DNA from: Octopus vulgaris
Lineage: Eukaryota
Direction of reading: 5' to 3'
DNA length: 64,000 nt
Assembly: GCA_951406725.2 (NCBI GenBank)
Contig: OX597825.1
Span: 6,138,001 to 6,202,000, forward strand
Below, piece by piece: positions 53,201 through 64,000 of this stretch; within the stretch, counting starts at the first letter, position 1; the number at the start of each line of letters is the position of its first letter. The notes beneath the pieces are model-generated. The model saw nothing but the letters and a program-made list of their open reading frames with translations. It had not been told where the DNA came from and did no database searches. Made by a program: the position numbers and the translations under genes.

Positions 53201-54369
53201 TGTCCGGAAGAGCATCCACCCATGGAAACCAATTTAAATCAGACTTGAACCTGGTGCAGTTCTCCTGCCTGCCAGATTTTATCATACCGTTCAACCATGC
53301 TAGAATGGAAAACGGATGTTAAATGATGATGATGTGCTGTTAACACTCCAAGCCTTTCAACAATAGTAGAGCTTCATCCACCTTCCTTTTCAAGCCAGTC
53401 CACGATGCCCACCACAGATGAGCGAACATAAACAAAAGAAAGGAAACGATAGGAAGATAGAGTCGAGCATTTACATAAGCACAGACCCTCAATTTGTTTT
53501 CGGCAATACAACAGGAACAAAGAATTCTGGATTGATCATAGCACTGACCAAATTTTTGAGTGTCTTATAAATTAGATTTGCCAAAAAAGTTGCAGAGACA
53601 ATAGGCCTAATAATGTAAACTAACTTAAAGATGGACAAATAATTCTGGTATTTCTATTCGTTGGGAAGCCATTCACAAGACAATTTGCAGTAAATCAACA
53701 TATCTGGGTCTTAGAAAAAAATTCCTTTGGACAAATGGTTTTCAGAGAGAATGTACCTTTCATTTATCCCATTATTTTCATTATAGAAAGCGAAAGAATA
53801 CAGCACTCATCGTTTAATAGTAAATACATATTTTTGTCATTATTTGACAGAGTATTTTGTTTTGGAAAATTCTCTGAAAAACATTATCGGAAGGTTTCAT
53901 TAAAGAATGAATACGTATTACTTTAATTTTTTTTTTTTTGCTCAGGTGGGGGAAAAAAAAAAGAAAAATTCTAAATAGATAAAAAAAAAATTTTTTTTCC
54001 AGTTTCTAAATTAAAAAAAAAACCCATCTGAAAATTATTTTTAAAAATGTATAATATAAAAAAAAAGGCTGGAGTGTATTCGAAACTGCGCCCAGCTAGC
54101 TTATTGTAGTTAGTGAACTTTTCGTAACTACGTTAAGCGGATCTTTTTAAAATTCTTCCAAAAGGTCTTGTTATGTTAATAAAATTCGCAAATGATGGGA
54201 AAATCAACTTCTTAAAACACTAATTATTACATTTCAATTTGTAAATATCAAAATCAAAATTAAGTGGGAGTTATATTTTGCATTGAATGCTGAAAACAAA
54301 CCGGAACAACGATAATTAGGTAACTAATTACGTGCTGCACCGGTGCGGTTACAAAGTCCTCTTGTAATT

Positions 54370-55769
54370 ATGGCTGAGCCTTTGCGACCTTTTGTCTATT
54401 GGGGACAAAAGAACGATCATGTTTCCTTGAAAGTGGATTTGAGGGACGTTTGTGTGAGTAATAGCAATTATTTATTTTTAATTCTTGTCCCAGTCTTTCG
54501 ATTCCTCGTTCGATCAACCGAGGAATCAATGGTTTTTTCAATGAACCAAAATCTCTCTCTCTCTATAAAGCTGAAATTGTCTTCAGTGTGTGGCAGGTTT
54601 GGTGGCCTTCAGCTAACACGATCTCCTCCCGAAACCCTGCCGCGCAAATTGACCAAAATTGAGAGTATAATAGAAGAAGGCTTGCTCTTCATTCTGTAGG
54701 AAATAAAATTCAAATCGGACCATGTTAACACCAAAAATTATTAACATAAAAAAGGTGCTTTTTTTTCTGTGAAAATCCCTATTTTTTTTACAATAGTTTG
54801 ACCGCTGTGTCGCCAGTTTTCGGTGTATTTCAACCAGAAAAATGTTCACTCAAAGAGAATAACAAGCTACATAATGCAAAATTTTTACTTTTCAAAAATT
54901 TCAATTCTAAAGGGTCGAAACAAACCCGAGCAACGCCGGGCGATACTGCAAGTATATTTAAAAAAAAAAAAATCTTCATAAAACATCTCCACTTTTTCTT
55001 GTGTAGTAAACTCCCCGAAATATTTCCCATGTTTAAAAATTTAATTATAACTCATTGCTTTTAAATTAAAATATTAATCGTACCATTTTTTCCTCACTTA
55101 TTCTATAAATACTCATTTAAAATGTTGGGCTGTATTTCGATAAAGGTAGAGAGACAAAGTGCTTGTTCGGCATGGGCCCCAAACGTTATTTTCGCCACGA
55201 TTGAAATTTTCTTTCTAGAAACATCAAGGAGAATATAAACGTTATCAGTTGTCATTAATAATTATCTTGATTTCTTTATAATAGTTCCAACCTCCGCGAT
55301 CGAAATGAGTGTGAACATTACGTGTGAGGTTCAAACAATCCATTGAGGCTGTGTATGTGTATATATGATAGAAATTGGACATGGGCGATCGTTGTATTCT
55401 TTCTTGTCTTGAGGTTCACAGCCAAACGGCTGGGTGGATTCACATGAAAAATGGCACACATTTGGAGACAGGTGAATAGATTGGAATGCAGTTTGTATTT
55501 TTTTCCTAACCCCCATACTTAGCGAGAAAATCGATTAAAACTTTTCTAATGGAATTTCCGTCTTTTTTTCTGCCATTAAAACAACCAGTTGCTTAGAAGC
55601 TGTTTTCTGATGGGGTGGGATAAGGAAATTTTCATACAGCTGGAGGCTTCAATCGAAATAGGGGACCCGAAGTGATAAGGTTGAGAAATGCTCTTATAGA
55701 TTATACCTAACCGAAAATGAACACAGCCACATCATCCAAATGACCGGGTGAAACTGGGCTTAGCTGCTA

Positions 55770-55806
<37 letters not shown>

Positions 55807-57870
55807 GTTTTGGTATCCAGAAGATCCAAAATGGTAGGTAAGGCTATGTAAGTGCTACGGAAGGACTGTAGTTAGATTCCCGGTTTAATAATAGTACGAG
55901 TAATGAGTCTAATGTAGGTCGTGTGTCAGCATGTATATGTTTATACTAATGAGACAACAAAACCGAGGCAGTGTGAAATTTCTAGGATATTTATAAAGAG
56001 AAAGGTCGTCTTAACAGCTGTTTCAAGGATATGTCTACACCATCACTTGTAGACATGATCACTCATTCACAAGCACTCGTAGACAGACTTGTAGATTTCT
56101 TTTCGAAAAGCAAGTTGAGTTGTTTGTTTAGAAAAAGCTTTGTTTTGCTCTCTGTGAATTTCTCGGTAACACGCAGAAGCATTTTTTATAGTAGTAGAAA
56201 CTTTTGCACTTTGTTCAAAATTTGGATCTTGTGCTTGAAAAATGAAACTCGTAAAGTGGGGTATTACTGTGTATATATATGTGTGTGTGTGTGTGTGTTT
56301 GTGTATATATGTATTTTTAAAAATATAACTTGAGTTTAGGATTAACTAATTCATTTTTTTGTTCCTTCTAGTGTTATAACAGTGTACCTCATGAGTTCTC
56401 TTTTTCATGATTTGGGTTTAACTGGCCTTTCTAGCATGTAAGGAGTCCTGTCAATGGTATCCTCTTTGTGTATAAAAATATTTTATACACTCTATATTTT
56501 TTTAAATATGTTACGTCTTATGACTTATTTATGCATGCTAACCATCATCATCATCATCATCGTTTAACGTCCGCTTTCCATGCTGGCATGGGTTGGACGA
56601 TTTTGACTGAGCGCTGGCGAGCCAGATGGCTGCACCAGGCTCCAATCTTGATCTGGCAGAGTTTCTACAGCTGGATGCCCTTCCTAACGCCAACCACTCC
56701 GAGAGTGTAGTGGGTGCTTTTTACATGCCACTGACATGAGGGCCAGTCTGGTGGTAGTGGCAATGACCTCGCTCGAATCCTTTTACACGTGCCACCGGCA
56801 CAGGTGCCAGTGAAGCGATGTTGGTAACAATCACACTCGAATGGTGCCCTTGTACGTGCCACGGGTACGGAAGCCAGTTGGCTGCTCTAAATTTATTACT
56901 CTCATATTTATGATATATGCGAGGCATAATTTAGCTCATGTGATTATTATATTTCAGTTTAGTGAATATCGGATAGAACCGTACGCATCGCACTTTTTCT
57001 TCTTGACTAATGCTGACATGTGGTGATTTATATTAATTGTCCTTTTTTTTTTGTTTATACAAATTAAAATTTTGGTGTTGAGAAGTAAAAACAGAAATCT
57101 TTAAAAATAACATAGGCACAGGGGTGGCTGTGTGGTAAGTAGCTTGTTTACCGACCACATGGTTCCGGGTTCAGTCCTACTGCATGGCACCTTGGGCAAG
57201 TGTCTTCTACTATAGCCACGGGCTGACCAAAGCCTTGTGAGTGGATTTGGTAGACGGAAACTGAAAGAAGCCTGTCGTATATATGTATATGTGTGCGTGT
57301 GTGTGTTTATGTGTCTGTGTTTGTCCCCCCAACATCCCTTGACAACCGATGCTGGTGTGTTTATGTCCCCCGTTACTTAGCGGTTCGGCAAAAGAGACCG
57401 ATAGAATAAGTACTGGGCTTACAAAAGAATAAGTCCTGGGTTCAAGTTGCTCGATTAAAGGCGGTGCTCCAGCATGGCCCTCAGCCAAATGACTGAAACA
57501 AGTAAAAGAGTAACATATTGAAGCATTTGCTTATTTGTTTCGTTTATTCAATTCACCAAGTTATTTTTGCACTCCCTCCTCACTCGTTGTTGGTTTTAGT
57601 TCCATGATGTTACAGTCCCCTAAACAAAGGATCACCAGATTTAAGCTAAAATTCTTTGTACCCCAATTTAAAAAGTCACAGGGTGATAGCACGGTGTGTA
57701 AAGAAAATGCAATCGTGTGATTTTAAGAGACAAAAGTGCGACATTTACAGTGATTGCGGGTTCAGTCCCACTGCGTGACACATTCGGGAAGTGTCTTTTG
57801 CCATAGCCTCGGGCTGACCAAAGCCTTGTGAGTGGATTTGCTAGCTGGAAACTGAAAGAAGCCCGTCGTA

Positions 57871-57902
<32 letters not shown>

Positions 57903-59027
57903 CTACACTCATGGAGTGGTTGGTGTTAGGAAGGGCATCCAGCTGTAGAAACACTGCCAGATCTGACTGGGCCTGGTGCAGCCTTCAGGCTTACCAGACC
58001 CCAGTTGAACCGTCCAACCCATGCCAGCATGGAAAGCGGACGTTAAACGATGATGATGATGATGATGATTGTTTTAAACTAATCACTGATTAAACGCTAA
58101 GCTGTTAATCACACTTCATCTTGCAGCTTCAAAATTCTAAAGGTGTGTTTGTATGTTTTTAGAATGGCACTGTAGGGTAAGTGCGAAAGGTTGGATCTGG
58201 TCAGTTTTAACATAGAAAAGATAATCAGGATATGGCCTGATTAAATGCTAAAGAGTTAAACTTGACACATTCTGGGAAATAAGTTTTGTATTAAAAAAAA
58301 ATAAATTCCTAAACTTCTTTTTTAATTTCCAGGATGAAACTATAGAAATCACCGAGGATTCGGTCAGTTTTAATGCTATCGGTCAAGGGGTCCGTGGTGA
58401 AAATGTTTACTGCTTCAATATTGATTTCTACCTACCTGTGGAGTCCGAGGTAAATAAGGACATTTCTTATGGTTTTTTTATTTTAACTTTCATCTTTAAA
58501 TGATTATAGTACTAATTGAAGAATTTTGCTTTGTTTGTTACTCGGAGATAAATTACTCAACCTATCTAATTATTGACTTTGTGGTTATGGTATTTGACTC
58601 AGAATCACAAGGTCATGAGTTCTAATCCTGGTGGTGTTGTGTGTCCTTGAGCAAGACACTTCATTTCACGTTGCCCCAGTCCACTCAGCTGGCAAAAATG
58701 TGTAATACCTGTAATTAGAAAGGGCCCAGCCCTAACATATTCTGTGTCGTACGGAATCTCCTTGAGAACTATGCTAAGGGTACACGTGTCTGTGGAGTGC
58801 TCAGCCACATACTCTCTTTTACTCTTTTACTTGTTTCAGTCATTTGACTGCGGCCATGCTGGAGCACCGCCTTAAATTGAGCAACTCGACCCCGGGACTT
58901 ATTCTTTTGTAAGCCCAGTACTTATTCTATCGGTCTCTTTTGCCGAACCGCTAAGTGACGGGGACATAAACACACCAGCATTGGTTGTCAAGCAATGCTA
59001 GGGGGACAAACACAGACACACAAACAT

Positions 59028-59064
<37 letters not shown>

Positions 59065-62000
59065 CATATATACGACGGGCTTCTTTCAGTCTCCGTCTAC
59101 CAAATCCACTCACAAGGCATTGGTCGGCCCGGGGCTATAAGTAGAAGACACTTGCTCAAGGTGCCACGCAGTGGGACTGAACCCGGAACCATGTGTTTGG
59201 TTGTGAAGTGCTCAGCCACATGCGCATAAAGTTCACGAGCAGGCTGTTCTGTTGATCGGATCAACCGGAACAGTTGCCATAGCAACAGAGGACCGGGAAC
59301 TTTGTTCTTAACTATTATATTTATGGCAACTGAGTCTATTAAAAAATAGACTTTGTATAACCTTCCTTGTTAGTCATATATTTCACTTGGCCACGCTTCA
59401 GACTTGGTGGCCCCTTATTGTTGAGAAAACCCTTAGCAAGGTTTATTTTTGCATGGAGGTGATGACACGTAATTGAGACCTTTCGTGATATGCTGTACTT
59501 AACAAAAACCCCGTCAAGCCAAGTGGAATCGTGGTCCTGGCCAATGCCAGTGTCACACGTAACTGGCACCTGTGCCACTGGAACATAAAAGCACATGTGG
59601 CTGGTGGAACAGAAAAGTACACATGCCAGTGGCACGTAAAACGCACCCATTACACTCTCGGAGTGGTTGGCATTAGGAAGGGCATCAACAGTAGAAACCA
59701 TGCCAAATCAGACCGAAGCCTGGTACAGATCTCTGGTTTACTAGTCCCAGTCAAACCATCCAACCCATGCCAGCATGGAAAGCAGATGCTAAAGGATTCT
59801 GATGATGCTGATGATACATATAAGCAAGGTTTTCAGTCAAGGCTGACAAATCATCATCGTTTAACGTCCGTTCTCCACGCTAGCATGGGTTGGACAGTTC
59901 GACCGGGGATCTGGGAAGCCAGAAGGCTGCACCAGGCTCCAGTCTGATCTGGCAGTGTTTCTACAGCTGGATGCCCTTCCTAACACCAACCACTCCGTGA
60001 GTGTAGTGGGTGCTTTTTACGTGCCAGGCGAGGCTGGCAATGGCCACGATTGGATTGGTGCTTTTTACGTGCCACCGGTTGCCTGATAATCACAGCTTGA
60101 TTTAATCATCTTAATTAACGAATACTTAGAGTTTAGTCCTTACTGTACTACTTGTTATTTTTAATTAAGCACAATTGCAATTTGTTACTCATCACATGAA
60201 ACAATTTTGGTAACAACAATTATATTGACTTCCTTCTGTGATACTGTTGTTGTTCACACTATAACTGTTTTATAACTGTTTTATGCTTTCAGAAAAGTTT
60301 CTATCGGATCAGTGACCGTGCTGTTGAATTTCGTTTCCAAAAAAGAGGGATCGGTGAAGTTTGGCCTCGTCTAACATACAAATCAGAAAAACAGCAATGG
60401 TTAAAGATTGATTTTGATAAATTTGCTCTTGAGGAAGATTCCGATGATAAACCAGAATATGAGGTGAATAACTATTTGTATTTTGGGATACAATCACAAT
60501 CAGCTACGAGTGTCAGAATCTCATTCCCATTCCTTTAGAACAGGAGTTGGCAAACTTCTAATATCATTGACCCCTTTTATGGAATTGTTGATAACTTATT
60601 GGACCCTCCCCCTGCATCATGTACATTTCATCATCATCATCATTGTTTAACGTCCGTTTTCCGCGCTAGCACGGGTTGGACGGTTCAACCGGGGCCTGGG
60701 AAGCAAGGGGCTGCACCAGGCTCCAGTCTGATCTGGCAGTGTTTCTACAGCTGGATGCCCTTCCTAATGCCAACCACTCCAAGAGTGTAGTGGGTGCTTT
60801 TTACGTGCCACCGGTACGGGTGCCAGGGGAGTCTGGCATCAGCCACGATCGGTTGGTGCTTTTAACGTGCCACCGGCATGGAAGCCAGTCAAGGCGGTGC
60901 TGGCATTGGCCACATTCAGATGGTGCTTTTTATGTGCCACTGGCACAGGAGCCAGTCGATGCGGCACTGGCCCCGGCCACGTTCACTGCACTAATATTGG
61001 TTGACCCTGGGCCATAATGCAAATATAAGACCTGATGTCTTATTCTCTAGGCATCACAAAATTGACTCCCATTTTACACCAACTTTAAGCAAACAAAAAT
61101 TCATCAATAATTATGCTTTAACCCTTTCGTTACCAGATTTCTTCTGTTGAGATGCTTTGTGTTTCTTTCAATTGATTTTAAATATAACAAAGAGTTTAGT
61201 AAAATAACTTGGTTATCATTAAACTAGTGCTAGGAACATGAATTGTGACTAAGGTTTGATACACAAACCGTAGTAATAGCAGCAACAATTTTCTAGGTAT
61301 ACATTAGTTTTATTATGGTAAGATTAGGGTCTTTAGACTTTAAGAATATTCTTTTTTACTCTAGGCACAAAACCCAAAATTTTGGAGGAGGGGGACAGTC
61401 AATTAGATCGATCCCAGTACGCAACTGGTACTTAATTTATTGACCCTGAAAGGATGAAAGGCAAAGTTGACCTTGGCGAAATTTGAACTCAGAACATAAA
61501 GACAGACAAAATACCTATTTAGGGGCTAAACATAGAGGGGACAAACAAGGACAGACAAAGGTATTAAGTCGATTACATCGACCCCAGTGCATAACTGGTA
61601 CTTAATTTATCGACCTCGAAAGGATGAAAGGTAAAGTCGACCTCGGTGGAATTTGAACTCAGAACGTAACGGTAGACGAAATACCGCTAAGCATTTCGCC
61701 CGACGTGCTAACGTTTCTGCCAGCCCACCACCTTAGACTTTAAGAATATTAAAGGAATTGGTGTGTTATTGCAGAGCTTTGTATCTTATGGCTTCTGACT
61801 AAATTCTGTTTCCTTTCTGTTTTTCTTGAAGCCCTCCAAAACATCAATAATGAAGAAACTTGAAAGTGATCTTAAACAAGTTGAAGGTTAGTGTTGTTGT
61901 TGTTGTTGTTGTGACTATTTTTTCTGCCTGGCTTTTATGTACCATTATGGGTAAAATAGTTATATTTTTTTTTTAACTTGTTTCACTCATTACTGGACTG

Positions 62001-64000
62001 CGGCCATGCTGGGGCACCACCTTGAAGAATTTTAGTCGAATGAATCGACTCCAATACTTTTCTATTTTTTAAGCCTGTTGATCTCTTTTGCCAAACTGCT
62101 AAGTTACGGGAACACAAACACCAACACCGGCTGTCAGGTGGTGGTGGTGGTGGTGGGACAAACATGCACACACATATACAATAGGCTTCTTTCAGTTTCC
62201 GTCTACCAAATCCACTCTTGAGGTTTTGATCAGCCCAGGCTGTAGTAAAATACATTTACCCAAGGTGCCATGCAGTGAGACTGAACCTGGAACCATTTGG
62301 CTGGGAAGCAAACTTCTTACCACACAGCCACTCCTGCACCTGAGCCCCATGCTAGTAGGGTATTAAGAGCACCATCTGAGCGTGATCGTTGCCAGAGCGG
62401 CTATCTGGCCTCCATGCCAGTGGCACGTAAGAGACACCATTCGAGTGTGATCGTTACCAGAGTCACCTTACTGGCACCTGTGCCGGTGGCATGTATAAAA
62501 CATTCGAGCGAGGTTGTTGCCAGTACCGCCTGACTGGTCCTTGTGCCCATGGCATGTAAAAGCACTCATTACACTCTCGGAGTGGTTGGCGTTAGGAAGG
62601 GCATCCAGCTGTAGAAACTCTGCCAGATCAAGACTTGAGCCTGGTGCAGTCATCTGGTTTGCCAACCCTCAGTCATTCGTCTGCACGGGCACAAGTGCCA
62701 GTAAGGCGACACTGGTAACGACCATACTCGAATGGTGCCTTTTATGTGCCACTAGCACGGAAGCCAATTAGCCGCTCCGTCAATGATCACGTTTGTGTGG
62801 TGCTCATTGTACCCCGCTAGCACGGATGCCAGTCATTGAATTTGATTTTGATTCAGATTTGTTGTTATTTTTTGTTTTCATTTGAAAAAGGAGAAAGAGA
62901 ATTCTATTTGTCAAAAGAATGATTGTTTGTTTCTGTTTCACAGAAGTGTTGTATTTATCTCGTTATCTCTCATTTTGAAAACAACCCGAAAGGATTTCTC
63001 TGTCTGTTTGTTTTATACCTTTTATTTATTTATTTTCTTTTTCAGTTAAATCTTCAATCAACTTCAATTACCTGTTCCTGTATAATTTATTCCAATTCAT
63101 GGGCTATTCTTATATCTGTGGCATCATGCAGTACCATTATTACAGATATGGAGAAGGTCAGTAATACAATGCAGATACTAAACACTCATATGTCTACTTG
63201 TGCAGTTTTTAACCAATTAAATTGGAATTTGAGTAAATTTATTGCTATTTTCATGATTATAGAAGAGCGTATGCAAAAAAAACCAACAACCTAGTGAGAT
63301 ATATATATAGTTTCAGCCATGCAGCTGTGGTCAGTTTTCATATATATATATATATAGAGTGTATCTTTAAACACATAAGGAATCCACTCGTGGAAGTCAA
63401 CATGCTAGAAAGAACAGCTAAGTTCTATAACCACAAAAATTAGGGGTAAAATTCGACAGGAATGAAACGAGAAATAAAATTCCTGTTGAATTTTATCCCT
63501 AATTTTTGTGGTTATAGAACTTAGCTGTTCTTTCTAGCGTGTTGAATTCCATGAATGGATTCCTTATGAGTTTAAATGTACACTATATATTATGACTAAT
63601 TCATAGTCTTTTGGGACTAAATTTTTACATGTTAGGCCACTGGAGGTGAAACATTTTAATTAATTTTCCATTTTCCTTTGATACGTTTAAGTATTATATA
63701 TGTATATATATATATAAATAAATAAAGTGATGGTTTGTTGCCAACTTAATGTGACAGTCCCATGAAAGGGAAGAATGCTACTGTTATTTAGCCCTAGGAA
63801 ACATTGTTTCTAGTTGGCCATGACACATTTCCTGTGTCCTTATGTTTTCAAAGGGGAGATAAGCACCTCCACCCAGCAACCAGAGACTAGTTTCAGAGTG
63901 ATTGCTCATCATCAGTCTATGTAAATGACATGACAGAGAATAAAAACAGTTGTCATTTCATTTTCTCGTTACTCCTCTAGACTCATCAAACACTTTGTTA
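54370..64000 (+). CDS. HACD3: Very-long-chain 3-hydroxyacyl-CoA dehydratase 3 (CS/p23 domain plus start of PTPLA domain), 5' part; continues beyond the window
   Basis: Exons 54370-54453 (MAEPLRPFVYWGQKNDHVSLKVDLRDVC), 58333-58449 (DETIEITEDSVSFNAIGQGVRGENVYCFNIDFYLPVESE), 60293-60463 (...WPRLTYKSEKQQWLKIDFDKFALEEDSDD...), 61832-61886, 63046-63156 (YLFLYNLFQFMGYSYI) and a probable exon from 63981. Phases are consistent. A CS domain followed by YLFxYNLxQFxG is typical of HACD3. Confidence 0.9.
54552..54952 (+). mobile_element. Non-autonomous Helitron in HACD3 intron 1
   Basis: A|TC start. It shares the 3' end ACAAACCCGAGCAACGCCGGGCGATACTGC(T/A)AG|T with 49539-49837. Confidence 0.75.
63880..63921 (-). 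ncRNA. Minimal type I hammerhead ribozyme motif
   Basis: Minus strand ATAGA-CTGATGA-TGAG-caatca-CTCT-GAAAC-TA-GTC-TCTG shows a full core, a palindromic stem III (ACTAGT), a GUC cleavage triplet and a 3-4 bp stem I. Confidence 0.65.

Noticed and set aside
54343-54699. 118-aa ORF as a stand-alone gene
   Set aside because: Only 54370-54453 is coding (HACD3 exon 1). The rest reads through the intron and a Helitron.
56005-56060. Hammerhead half-site GAAACAGCTGTT on the minus strand
   Set aside because: There is no recognisable CTGANGA or stem II upstream in this copy.

Overview
AT-rich, intron-rich eukaryotic genomic DNA. The microsatellite and SINE content suggests an octopod cephalopod (Octopus); this is an inference. 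Four spliced + strand genes can be rebuilt by hand from GT-AG boundaries with consistent phases: the 3' end of ZFR (DZF domain, 178-7194), a complete cytidine deaminase CDA (26497-35510, 144 aa), a complete BUB3 (42701-50212, 327 aa) and the 5' part of HACD3 (54370 to window end). Most of the remaining sequence is repeats: tRNA-derived SINE families, an RTE LINE 3' UTR family, CR1/L2-like, HERO-like and Penelope-like remnants, mariner, Merlin and Helitron remnants, and TTAA and pogo-type MITEs. Most short ORFs in the supplied track are artefacts of these repeats. Four unexplained signals stand out. (1) Small elements carry Penelope-type minimal hammerhead ribozyme motifs; one is a head-to-head inverted pair of 'tRNA-like Pol III head + hammerhead' units (10815-11190). 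(2) A 219-bp inverted-repeat element is flanked exactly by a 127/128-bp direct duplication (39995-40468). (3) One SINE family recurs as head-to-tail multimers with the same junction at separate loci. (4) ZFR has three candidate alternative C-terminal exons.
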